From assembly GCA_963737655.1 (NCBI GenBank), contig CAVTTN010000002.1:3264001-3328000 (forward strand): 64,000 nt of DNA, written 5' to 3'. How positions within the stretch are numbered: the first letter of the stretch is position 1; the number at the start of each line of letters is the position of its first letter. Below are positions 41,883 to 50,891 of the stretch, piece after piece. The DNA is from an uncultured Planctomycetota bacterium. GTDB taxonomy: Bacteria; Planctomycetota; Planctomycetia; Isosphaerales; Isosphaeraceae. Below the pieces are notes generated by a model that saw only the letters and a program-made list of their open reading frames with translations, searched no databases and was not told the DNA's origin. Made by a program: the position numbers and the translations under genes.

Positions 41883-43142
41883 GTGAGCACCGACCTCGTC
41901 CTCGGCCTCAAGTGTCGCCTCTGCGGCAAGCTCTACCCCAAGGCCGCCCTGAACTTCTGCACGGACGACTTCGGCCCGTTGGAAGTGGTCTACGACTACG
42001 ACGCCGTCGGCCGGACGCTCAACCGGGCCGCCATCGCCGCCCGACCCCGCACCATGTGGCGTTACCGCGAGCTCCTGCCCGTCGATGGCGAGCCCACCGT
42101 CGGCCTCCACGTCGGCGGCACGCCGCTGGTGAAGGCCGACCGCCTCGCCCGGGCCCTGGGCGTCTCCGAGCTTTACGTCAAGAACGACGCCGTGAACTAC
42201 CCCACGCTCTCGTTCAAGGATCGCGTGGTGGCGGTGGCCCTGTCGAAGGCCGTCGAGCTCGGGTTTAGCACCGTCGGATGCGCCTCGACCGGCAACCTCG
42301 CCGGGAGCGTGGCCGCCAACGCCGCCGCCGCCGGGCTCGAAGCCTACATCCTGATCCCCGACAACCTCGAGGCCGGCAAGGTCCTCGGCGCCACGATCTA
42401 CGGCGCGAAGGTCATCGCGGTCCAGGGCAATTACGACCACGTCAACCGCCTCTGCTCGCAGATCGCCTTCCGGTTCGGCTGGGGGTTCGTGAACGTGAAC
42501 CTCCGGCCGTTCTACGCCGAGGGCTCGAAGTCGATGGGCTTCGAGATCGCCGAGGACCTGGGCTGGCGGGCCCCGGATGCCGTGGTCGCGCCGATGGCCG
42601 GCGGCAGCCTGATCGGCAAGCTGTTCAAGTCCTTCAAGGAGTTCGAGACCCTCGGCCTGATCGGCCCGGTCACGACAAAAATGTTCGGGGCCCAGGCCAC
42701 CGGCTGCAACCCGATCACCAACACGGTCAAGACCGACTCGTTCAAGGTCAAGCCGGTCCGCAACCCGAACACGATCGCCAAGAGCCTGGCCATCGGCGAC
42801 CCGGCCGACGGCCTGTTCGCCTCGCAGCTCATGAGGGAAACCGGCGGCTGGGGCGAGGACGTCTCCGACGACGAGATCGTCGACGGGATGAAGCTCCTGG
42901 CGGAGACCGAAGGGATCTTCACCGAGACCGCCGGAGGCGTGACCGTGGCCGTGGCGAAGCGGCTGATCGAGCAGGGCAAGATCGACCGCGAGGGCTCCAC
43001 GGTGATCTGCATCACGGGCAACGGCCTGAAGACGCAGGAGGCCCTGCACGGCAAGGTCGCCGCCCCCGTGGTGATCCGTCCGAACCTCGAAGAGTTCGAG
43101 GCGCTCGTCGGCCTCGAAACGGGCGTCCTGGTCGGGGCCTGA
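41883..43142 (+). CDS. thrC: Threonine-synthase-like fold-type II PLP enzyme (probably O-phosphohomoserine sulfhydrylase rather than true ThrC)
   Basis: N-terminal CRLC..C, MWRYRELLP, GGTPL, NYPTLSFKDR (PLP Lys), CASTGN, EGSKSMGFE, ITGNGLK; context of SAM riboswitch and sulfur carrier. Confidence 0.85.
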   Translation: MSTDLVLGLKCRLCGKLYPKAALNFCTDDFGPLEVVYDYDAVGRTLNRAAIAARPRTMWRYRELLPVDGEPTVGLHVGGTPLVKADRLARALGVSELYVKNDAVNYPTLSFKDRVVAVALSKAVELGFSTVGCASTGNLAGSVAANAAAAGLEAYILIPDNLEAGKVLGATIYGAKVIAVQGNYDHVNRLCSQIAFRFGWGFVNVNLRPFYAEGSKSMGFEIAEDLGWRAPDAVVAPMAGGSLIGKLFKSFKEFETLGLIGPVTTKMFGAQATGCNPITNTVKTDSFKVKPVRNPNTIAKSLAIGDPADGLFASQLMRETGGWGEDVSDDEIVDGMKLLAETEGIFTETAGGVTVAVAKRLIEQGKIDREGSTVICITGNGLKTQEALHGKVAAPVVIRPNLEEFEALVGLETGVLVGA

Positions 43143-43195
43143 ACCGGGTTTTTCCGCGCACTCTCCACCCTCTCCCGAAGTCAGGAACCGCCAAG

Positions 43196-43465
43196 ATGGC
43201 CCTGGTCCGAATCCCCACGCCCCTCCGCCCCCACGCCGACGGCCAGGACTCCATCGAGGCCGCCGGCTCCACGGTCGGAGAAGTCCTGATCGCCCTGACC
43301 ACGGCCCACCCCGCGCTCAAGGAGCGAATCCTCGAGGGCGGAGAGGTCCGCCGGTTCGTCAACGTCTTCGTGAACAACGAGGACATCCGCTACCTCGACG
43401 ACCTGGCGACCCCCGTCGCCGAAAAGGACGAGGTCAGCATCATCCCGGCGATCGCCGGAGGGTGA
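43196..43465 (+). CDS. MoaD/ThiS/CysO-family ubiquitin-like sulfur carrier
   Basis: VRIPTPLR, RRFVNVFVNNEDIR, C-terminal IIPAIAGG (free di-Gly). Confidence 0.95.
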   Translation: MALVRIPTPLRPHADGQDSIEAAGSTVGEVLIALTTAHPALKERILEGGEVRRFVNVFVNNEDIRYLDDLATPVAEKDEVSIIPAIAGG

Positions 43466-43472
43466 GGCCCGC

Positions 43473-44519
43473 ATGTCCGCCGCACCCCGACCCGCTCGCC
43501 CTCGCCGACGATTCGGCCTCCGACTTCGGGGGCTCATGTTCGTCGTTCTGTTGATCGGCCTGGGGCTCGGAGATCTCCGGCACCGGATCGTGACCCAGAG
43601 GGAGGCCGTTGCCGGCATCGAGCGAGGGGGCGGTTTCATCACTTACGACTACGCGGTTGGAAATGAGACCAGCACGAAAGAGCCTCCGGGACCCGCCTGG
43701 CTCCGCGAAATCGTCGGCGACGAGCTCTTCCAGGAGGTCGCCGAAGTGGAGTTCCCACAGATCTTTCACGGGGGGCCCAACGGACCGATCGATGATGCAA
43801 CGCTCTCTCACCTCGAAAACTTTCTTGAGCTGCGAAGCCTCTCCGTTCGTCGAGACGTCTCCGGCGACAGCGACATTTGCCGACATCTGGGTAGACTGAC
43901 GAAGCTCGAACACCTGGAACTGCTCGGCATTCCCGTTGGCGATGTGGGGTTGGCGAAGCTTTCGGGCTTGAAACTCCTCAAATATCTCGATCTAAGCGGT
44001 TCAGACCTCACCGCTGATGGGATCGGGCAGTTGCGCACGCTCACGAATCTGGAGGATCTCGACCTCAGCGACACGGCAATCAAGGACGAATCGTTGAGAA
44101 TTCTGGAGAATATGGTCCACTTGAAGCATCTGAGTTTGCGACGGAATTCCCCGGAGGGTCATTCGATCACAGATATCGGCCTCTCACGCCTGGCCCATCT
44201 CACCGGTCTAGAGGAACTGGACCTGGCCGGAACCGAGATTTCCGACGGCGGACTGGTTTACCTGCGTCGAATGAAAAAACTCGAACACATCGATTTATCA
44301 TATACGAATATAGGCGACCGCGGGATGGACGAGATCGCCAGGTTGAAGACACTGATTAACCTGAACCTATGCGAGACAGGGGTTGGGAACGACGGCATCC
44401 TGAAACTGAAGCCCCTTGTATCGCTTCGCATGCTGAGCATCAGCGGCACGACCATCAGCGGTCCCGCCGTCACAGAGTTGAAGAGGTCACTACCGTCACT
44501 CGTCGTGTCTCGCAACTGA
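43473..44519 (+). CDS. Signal-anchored leucine-rich repeat protein
   Basis: RRFGLRLRGLMFVV leader, PAWLR..GD.LF motif, about 9 repeats of L..L.L..T.I.D.GL..L; lower GC than the neighbours. Confidence 0.9.
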   Translation: MSAAPRPARPRRRFGLRLRGLMFVVLLIGLGLGDLRHRIVTQREAVAGIERGGGFITYDYAVGNETSTKEPPGPAWLREIVGDELFQEVAEVEFPQIFHGGPNGPIDDATLSHLENFLELRSLSVRRDVSGDSDICRHLGRLTKLEHLELLGIPVGDVGLAKLSGLKLLKYLDLSGSDLTADGIGQLRTLTNLEDLDLSDTAIKDESLRILENMVHLKHLSLRRNSPEGHSITDIGLSRLAHLTGLEELDLAGTEISDGGLVYLRRMKKLEHIDLSYTNIGDRGMDEIARLKTLINLNLCETGVGNDGILKLKPLVSLRMLSISGTTISGPAVTELKRSLPSLVVSRN

Positions 44520-44559
44520 TAGCAAATCGATGCCTCACTCGCAGACAGGAACCGCCTCG

Positions 44560-45612
44560 ATGGCCTTCGCCTCGAATCCCGATGACCCGCTCGACCGCTA
44601 CTCCCGCCAGGTCCGCTTCCTCGGCATGGGAGAGGACGGCCAGCGGCGCTTGATGGCCTCTCGCGTGACGATCTGCGGATGCGGGGCCCTGGGCACCGTC
44701 CTGGCCAATCATCTCGTCCGCGCGGGCGTGGGGTTCGTTCGGATCATCGACCGCGACTTCATCGAGACGCATAATCTCCAGAGGCAGATCCTGTTCGACG
44801 AGCAGGACGTGGCCGACAATCTCCCCAAGGCCGAGGCCGCCGCTCGGAAGCTCCGCAAGATCAATAGCGCCGTCACCATCGAGCCGATCGTCACCGACAT
44901 CGATCATACGAACATTGAGGCGTTCGCCTCCGACGTGGATTTGCTCCTGGACGGCACGGACAACTTCGAGACCCGCTACCTGATCAACGACGCCGCCGTG
45001 AAGCTCGGCAAGCCTTGGATTTTTGGCGGGGTGATCGGCAGCGAAGGCCAGACGATGACGATCCTGCCCGGGCAGACGCCCTGCATCCGGTGCGTCGTGG
45101 AGGACACGCCGCCCCCCGGGATGGCGCCGACGTGTGAGACGGCCGGCGTCCTCGGGCCGGCGGTGGCCGTCGTCGCGTCGTTCGAGGCCGCCGAGGCGCT
45201 GAAGATCCTCGCCGGCCGGACCGAGCAGTTGAACAAGAAGCTGATCATGTTCGACATCTGGGACTGGTCGTTCCGCGAGCTCAAGATCGCGGCGTTGAGG
45301 GACAAGGTCGATTGCCCCTGCTGCAAGCACAGGCAGTTCGAGTGGCTCGACGGCAAGCTCGGCTCGCACACGACCACCCTTTGCGGGCGGAACGCCGTTC
45401 AGGTCGCCACCCGGCGGAATCAGCCGCTGAACTTCGCCGAGATGGCCGGCCGGCTCGCCCCTCTGGGCGAGGTCCGGCACAATGCCTTCATGCTCCGGTT
45501 CGCGGCCGAGGGGCACGAGTTCACCGTCTTCCCCGACGGCCGGGCGATCATCAAGGGCACCAACGACATCGCCAAGGCCCGGACGCTCTACGCCCAGTTC
45601 GTCGGCAGTTGA
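44560..45612 (+). CDS. ThiF/MoeB/E1-family adenylyltransferase
   Basis: RYSRQ, GCGALG, DRDFIE..NLQRQ, DGTDNFETRY, PCIRC, TCETAGVLG, CPCC; C-terminal LCGRNAVQ/FPDGRAII domain. Confidence 0.93.
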   Translation: MAFASNPDDPLDRYSRQVRFLGMGEDGQRRLMASRVTICGCGALGTVLANHLVRAGVGFVRIIDRDFIETHNLQRQILFDEQDVADNLPKAEAAARKLRKINSAVTIEPIVTDIDHTNIEAFASDVDLLLDGTDNFETRYLINDAAVKLGKPWIFGGVIGSEGQTMTILPGQTPCIRCVVEDTPPPGMAPTCETAGVLGPAVAVVASFEAAEALKILAGRTEQLNKKLIMFDIWDWSFRELKIAALRDKVDCPCCKHRQFEWLDGKLGSHTTTLCGRNAVQVATRRNQPLNFAEMAGRLAPLGEVRHNAFMLRFAAEGHEFTVFPDGRAIIKGTNDIAKARTLYAQFVGS

Positions 45613-45625
45613 GCATGGCCGTCCT

Positions 45626-45735
45626 CCGATCCACCACAAAGCCACGAAGGACTCGAAGGAAGACACAAAGAAGACAAGGGCTCCCCTCTTCTTTGTGTCT
45701 TCCTTCGAGTCCTTCGTGGCTTTGTGGTGAATCGG
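45626..45735. repeat. Long perfect hairpin (43-bp arms), REP/MITE-like extragenic palindrome
   Basis: 45632-45674 is the exact reverse complement of 45687-45729 with a 12-nt loop; extends 5 bp further after one mismatch; between convergent genes. Confidence 0.92.
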
Positions 45736-45884
45736 CCAGCCGAGTGTGACTTTGCCGCCGGCCCGGGGATCCCGACCCGCGACAGTCGCCGTGCCTTCCC
45801 CCCCGGGAGCACGACGCCTGAACGCGGGCCGGGATCCTCGGGCCGGCGGTCCGGCTCCGAGTCCTGGCGATCTCTGCGGATCGA

Positions 45885-47411
45885 TCAGGGCCAGACGTTC
45901 TTGATCCAGGAAGCGATCTGAATGTAGATCGGGATGCCGATGGTGACGTTGAACGAGAACGTGAGTCCGAGCGAGGCCGCCAGGGGCAGAGTCGGGCTGG
46001 CCTCGGGGATCGCCAGCCTCTGGACGGCCGGGACCGCGATGTAGCTTGCCGCGGCACAGAGGACTGCGAACAGGACGTAGGTGCCCGGCTGGAAGTCCGA
46101 GTGGGTGAACTTCGAGTAGGCGTGGGCCACGAAGATGCCGATCGTCGCGAACAGGATCGGCCCGGCGATCCCGAAGACGATGTAGCCCCAGCCGGCCGTC
46201 TTCAGGTCCTTCAGCTTCCTCGACGCCGTCATCCCCATCTCCAGGAGGAAGAGGCAGAGGATGCCCTGGAACAGGTTGAGGAAGAAGTTGTCGTCCTCCC
46301 TCGTCACGGCGGCCCCTTGCTTGCCCGAGATGAACCCGATCAGGATGCCGCCGAAGAGGAGGTAGAGGCCCGGGTTGAGGAAGACCTCGTGGAGGAGCTG
46401 CGGGCTGAATCCACCCTTCTTCTTCGGAGTCCCATTGCCGTGGCCGTTGCCCTCGCCGACGACCTCCATCGACATCTTCTTCTCGTCCTGGACGCCGTGG
46501 GCGTCGCCCTCGCCGTGACCTCCGCCGTGGCCGTGCTCGCCAAGGGAGATCGGAGGCTTGGCGTTCGGGTCATAGCCCGGCTCGTCGGGCATGGTGCCGG
46601 CCGGGTCCATCCCCTGATTCCTCAGCCGGGACACCAGATAGAGCGCCACGAGGCAGCCGGGGATTTCCATCACGGCCAACATCACGGGCATGTACGCATC
46701 GTACTGCATGTTGATCGACGCCAGGACGCCGAGGCAGGTCACGAACGTGCCCGCCGAGTCCGAGCCGTAGTAGCCCGCGACCGTCGCCTTGTCGATCCGC
46801 CTCATCCGCGTCATCAAGGAGAGCCCGATATAAGCCAGCACTCCGATGACGAAGTTCGTCATGAACCCCGTGAGCATGAATCCCAACGCCTTGCCGAGGA
46901 TGCTCGAATCCAGGTTCGCGAGCTCCTCGCCCCCGTGCCAGCCGATCGCCACCAGCAGGTAGATGACCAGGGCCTGATAGACGACATACGGGAACTCGAA
47001 CTTCACGCGTAAGATCGGGACGAGGAAGCCCATGTAGAAAAAGAGGAGCAACGGCTTGAACAGGTTGTGCGTGAAATTGTGCCAGAACTCCAGGAGGGGC
47101 GGCCGATACGGCGGGAGCGGGATCGTGTGAACCTCTCCGGCGATCGCCGCGTTGGTGATGCTGACCCGCTGATCCACCTGAAGCTCTTCGAATTTCAGGG
47201 GTTCGGACTCGCCCTTGGCGAACGTCGTGTTCTCGGGGATGGCGATCCGGATCTCCTTGTGGAGCGCGCCTCCCTCGGGTTTCAGCGTGATGATCCTCTT
47301 CTCGCGATCGATTTTCTTGATGGTCCCCTTGTATTCCTGGGCGGAGGCCGTGGCGGCGGCGAGGCCGAGGAGCAGCGCGGTCATCGCGCAGGCGGTCGAG
47401 CGCAGACGCAT
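45885..47411 (-). CDS. sbtA: SbtA-family sodium-dependent bicarbonate permease with N-terminal secreted beta-domain
   Basis: PLLLFF.MG, YLLVAIGWHGG, AGYYGSDSAGTF, MEIPG, LFLLEMGM, AASYIAVPA, LAASLGLTFSFNVTIGIP. Confidence 0.85.
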   Translation of the reverse strand: MRLRSTACAMTALLLGLAAATASAQEYKGTIKKIDREKRIITLKPEGGALHKEIRIAIPENTTFAKGESEPLKFEELQVDQRVSITNAAIAGEVHTIPLPPYRPPLLEFWHNFTHNLFKPLLLFFYMGFLVPILRVKFEFPYVVYQALVIYLLVAIGWHGGEELANLDSSILGKALGFMLTGFMTNFVIGVLAYIGLSLMTRMRRIDKATVAGYYGSDSAGTFVTCLGVLASINMQYDAYMPVMLAVMEIPGCLVALYLVSRLRNQGMDPAGTMPDEPGYDPNAKPPISLGEHGHGGGHGEGDAHGVQDEKKMSMEVVGEGNGHGNGTPKKKGGFSPQLLHEVFLNPGLYLLFGGILIGFISGKQGAAVTREDDNFFLNLFQGILCLFLLEMGMTASRKLKDLKTAGWGYIVFGIAGPILFATIGIFVAHAYSKFTHSDFQPGTYVLFAVLCAAASYIAVPAVQRLAIPEASPTLPLAASLGLTFSFNVTIGIPIYIQIASWIKNVWP

Positions 47412-47676
47412 CGAAACATCTCCTTCGATCCGAGGGGGGGGAAGCGACTCGTCGCCGGTCCGCTCCCGGGACGGAAGCGTATGAGGGACCAGGGCGACTC
47501 GGACGGGCCTCGGTCGATCCACGAAGGGCGAGGTCCAGGACCACGGCCAGGTCGTCAAGGGATCGAGGGCAAGACCAACGGCGAGCTCTGTCTCGCGGCC
47601 TCGCATCGCCGGAGGTGCCCCGACGCGCGAGAAGTGGACCGAGCCCGCCGGGAATGGTGGCGGGGCCGCGTCGCCA

Positions 47677-48024
47677 TCAGCAACGGAGAGAGCGGCGGTG
47701 GGATGAGCGATCGATCCCGGGCAGGAGCCGACACTCCTGGACCACCCACGACCTGGGCCCGAGACCCGAGATCGAGGACGAGCTGTCGGCCGCCGGCAGG
47801 GATCGCGAAGGCTCGTCGTCCTCTTCGGCCTGGACCTCGCCCTCGTCGGTCGAGAGGCAGAAGTCCTTCAGAGGGATCGACGAATCCTCGTCCACGGCCG
47901 CGAAGGCGATCGGCGCGGGCGATGGTGCCGCGTGGCACGCAGACCCCATCGCCGAGGGGCCAGCCGGGGCTGCCGGGCCCGACGTTGTCCACGCCAACAA
48001 TGTCGCCGCGATCGCCATCAGCAT
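47677..48024 (-). CDS. Hypothetical small protein with signal-like N-terminus and acidic stretch
   Basis: MLMAIAATLLAW start, DEGEVQAEEDDE, ends LRC; fills a ~900-bp gap. Confidence 0.35.
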   Translation of the reverse strand: MLMAIAATLLAWTTSGPAAPAGPSAMGSACHAAPSPAPIAFAAVDEDSSIPLKDFCLSTDEGEVQAEEDDEPSRSLPAADSSSSISGLGPRSWVVQECRLLPGIDRSSHRRSLRC

Positions 48025-48322
48025 GGGAGGGCTGTCGCCTCGGCATCGGAACTTGCGGTGAGTGTCACTGTAGGGCGCTTCATCACGAGTTGCAAGATGC
48101 GAGCCGGATCAAGGTTCGGTTCGGCTCAGGCGGTCTCTCAAACCGCGCGAAACCGCATTCGACCGCGCATGAGAGGTCAGTCGAAATCCCGACCGCCGGG
48201 CCGACACGATTCCGAAAAAAGTTTCCGCTGGCCGGGGCCCGAGCGGACGGATTACTCTGGACCCTGCCCCGATCGATGTTTGCTCGCCGTCCTTCGCGTC
48301 CTGGCCGACCGGAGTCCTCGTC

Positions 48323-49648
48323 GTGTTGAAATCCCCTCTCGTTCTGCTCGGCACCGTGCTCGCCTGCGGTTCCATCGCGATTGCCGATTCCCCGCTCGAT
48401 CGTGCCTCGCCCGAGGCCCGACGACGATTCGAGGATGTCGCCTCTGCCTACAAGTCGTTGGCCGCCTACGCCGATGCCGGAACCTTCACCCGATCCACGT
48501 CCGCCGGGGAGGCGCCTCGGGTCGAGACCGCGCCGCTCTCGGTCCGCTTCGTCAGGCCCAACCGGATTGTCCTGGACGCCGGGGAAGTCCGGATCGTCGG
48601 CGACGGTAAGCTGCTGACGACCCTGCTGGTCCCGACGAAGAAGTTCCTCTCCGCCCCCAGCCCGGCCAGCCTCTCGATCACGCCGATCGCCGACGGGCCG
48701 GCCGGAGCGATCCTCCTGGGAGGGCCGAGCGGATCGGCCGCCCAGCTCGTCTTGAAGCTGGTCCTGGGGGCCGAACCCGTCGATGCCTTGCCCGATCGCG
48801 CGACGGGATTGGCCGTCGAGGATGACCGACCGATCGAGGGCAAACCGTTCCAGGTCCTGAGGATCGATCAGGGCGAGGAACCCGCCATCCGTCTCCTGAT
48901 CGACCCGCAGTCTCGCCTGATCCGCCGGGTGGAGACGGTGTTGGACGACGCCTCCGTCGCGGCGAAATCCCCCTCGGGCTCGGGACTCAAAGGGATGACG
49001 ATGGCATGGGATTCCGGCCCGATCGCCACCGACGCGCCGAAGGACGACGCCTTCCGCTTCCAGGAGCCGGCCGGGTTCGCCCGGATCAAGGCCCCCGAGC
49101 CCAAGCCCGCCGCCGCCGAGGCCAAGAACGAATTCGTCGGCAAGATCTCGCCCGATTTTACGCTGACCGTCCTCGACGGACCCGGCAAGACGAAGAAGGT
49201 GACTCGTGCCGACCTGGCCGGCAAGGTCGTCGTCCTGGACTTCTGGGCCACCTGGTGCGGCCCTTGCATGCAGGAGCTTCCGGAGATCCAGAAGCTCGCA
49301 GAGTCCTACGCGAAGGCGAAGAAGACCGAGGTCGTGATCCTCGCGGTGAGCCAGGACCGCGCCCCGGAAGACGGCAAGGACGTCCGCAAGCTCGTGGAGG
49401 ACACCCTGGAAGCCAAGAAGCTCGACCTGCTCGGGGGCCCGATCGCCCGGGTGGCCCTGGACCCGGAGCAGGCCGTCGGCGAGCTCTTCAAGGTCGAAGG
49501 CATCCCCACCGTCGTGATCCTCGACGCCAAGGGGGTGGTCCAGTCGGTCCATGTCGGCTACTCGGAGGACGTGAAGGACGTCCTGGCGGGCGAGATTGAC
49601 GCCCTCCTCGAAGGGAAGGCCCTCGCTCCCGCGGAACCGAAGAAATAG
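48323..49648 (+). CDS. Exported TlpA/redoxin-family thiol-disulfide oxidoreductase with N-terminal LolA-like (DUF2092-like) domain
   Basis: Signal peptide; RPNRI, LLIDPQSRLIRR, F.F.EP; PDFTL, GKVVVLDFWATWCGPC, GIPT. Confidence 0.88.
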   Translation: MLKSPLVLLGTVLACGSIAIADSPLDRASPEARRRFEDVASAYKSLAAYADAGTFTRSTSAGEAPRVETAPLSVRFVRPNRIVLDAGEVRIVGDGKLLTTLLVPTKKFLSAPSPASLSITPIADGPAGAILLGGPSGSAAQLVLKLVLGAEPVDALPDRATGLAVEDDRPIEGKPFQVLRIDQGEEPAIRLLIDPQSRLIRRVETVLDDASVAAKSPSGSGLKGMTMAWDSGPIATDAPKDDAFRFQEPAGFARIKAPEPKPAAAEAKNEFVGKISPDFTLTVLDGPGKTKKVTRADLAGKVVVLDFWATWCGPCMQELPEIQKLAESYAKAKKTEVVILAVSQDRAPEDGKDVRKLVEDTLEAKKLDLLGGPIARVALDPEQAVGELFKVEGIPTVVILDAKGVVQSVHVGYSEDVKDVLAGEIDALLEGKALAPAEPKK

Positions 49649-49917
49649 TCGGCATTTCCGGCAAGAATGCCCGCGCCGGGAGCCCCCGTTCGATCCTTCT
49701 CTCCAATTCTTCTCCCGGGATTCGAAGTCGTTTCACCACGGACCTATACATTTCTTGGGAGAAGATATCGTCGGGTGCGTGGGATGCTCCATCCGTGATC
49801 CTCAAGAAAGGATGACGCAGGCCATGCACCCGACCTCCGAGACGCCCTTGTTTTCTGAACGTCTGGCCAGTAGAATCGGGCGGTGACGGACCGTCCAGAC
49901 GCGAAGGGAGGGGGACG

Positions 49918-50864
49918 ATGGGCCTCGAAAGTTCCGTCCTCGACATGCCGATGCCTTCGGCCGGGGAGGCCCCGCCGAGGCTGATTCGAACGTCCCGGCG
50001 AGGCCCGGTTTTGAGGCCCTCGCCGGCCCTGGCCGGGGTCTATGGATTGGACCTGACGGCCGGCTGCATCCACGGTTGTCCGTATTGCTACATCCGAGGC
50101 TCGTCACGCTTCCCGGGAGACGGCCGGGTCCTCTTCGACCCGTTCGTTGTGGAGCGATTGGTCGAGGCGCTCGATGGCATGGAGATGGCGCCGTCTCGCG
50201 TGGTTTTGAGCCCGTCCAGCGATCCTTTGCCACCGAGCCGGGAGGTTCGGGCCTCGGCCGTGGAGGCCGTCCGCGTCCTGATCAGTCGGGAAATCCCGGT
50301 TGTGTTGATGACCCGGGGGCGCATCCCCGGGAAGTTAGTGGACATCCTGGCGAACGAGTCCGGCGGACGAAAGTCAATTGTCTGCCTGGGGATCACGACG
50401 CTCGACCGCTCCCTGAGCCGACGCCTCGAACCGCGGGCGGGCTCCCTACGGGAAGGCTCAGCGACCTGGCCCGACTGGTCGAGGCGGGGGTTGAGGTCGA
50501 AGCTCGACTGGAACCCTTGATTCCCGACCTGACCGACACGACCGAGAGTCTCCGCCCGTTGCTGTCGGCCCTGGCGAGGGCCGGGGCCCGGCGGGTCGTC
50601 GCGCATTCGTTATTCCTTCACCCCGCGATGACCGAATCGCTCGATGCGACACTCGCCCCTCTGGGCCTGACCGAACGGCTGCACGATGCTTACGAGGGCG
50701 GTCACGCGTTCCGTCTCGGCAGCATCGGCATGACCAAGCACCTCCCTCTGGAGGCCCGACGTCTCGCGCTGGCCCGTTTGATCGCCCTGGGGGCCCAGTT
50801 CGGCCTGACCGTCACGACCGGGGCAGCGCAGAATCCGGACCTCCCGCTCGTTGAGCCCGTTTGA
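49918..50864 (+). CDS. Spore-photoproduct-lyase-like radical SAM protein (apparent -1 frameshift near 50445)
   Basis: GCIHGCPYCY, SSDP, ITTLD..LSRRLEP then RL..L..L.EAGV...EPLIPDLTD in the next frame. Confidence 0.8.
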
Positions 50865-50891
50865 TCAGGCCGCTCGGGTCCATTTCCAGAA

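Noticed and set aside
43196..45612. Antiphage ubiquitin-like (Bil/CBASS-type) conjugation system
   Set aside because: No E2, JAB or CD-NTase; the SAM riboswitch and PLP enzyme explain the Ubl/E1 pair as sulfur transfer
45482..45812. Mirror ORFs containing HHKATKDSKE / SFESFVALW
   Set aside because: Also products of the 43-bp hairpin
48069..48090. Further GTAGGG-starting REP candidates (also near 25625 and 56493)
   Set aside because: The palindromes are weak or do not match families A or B
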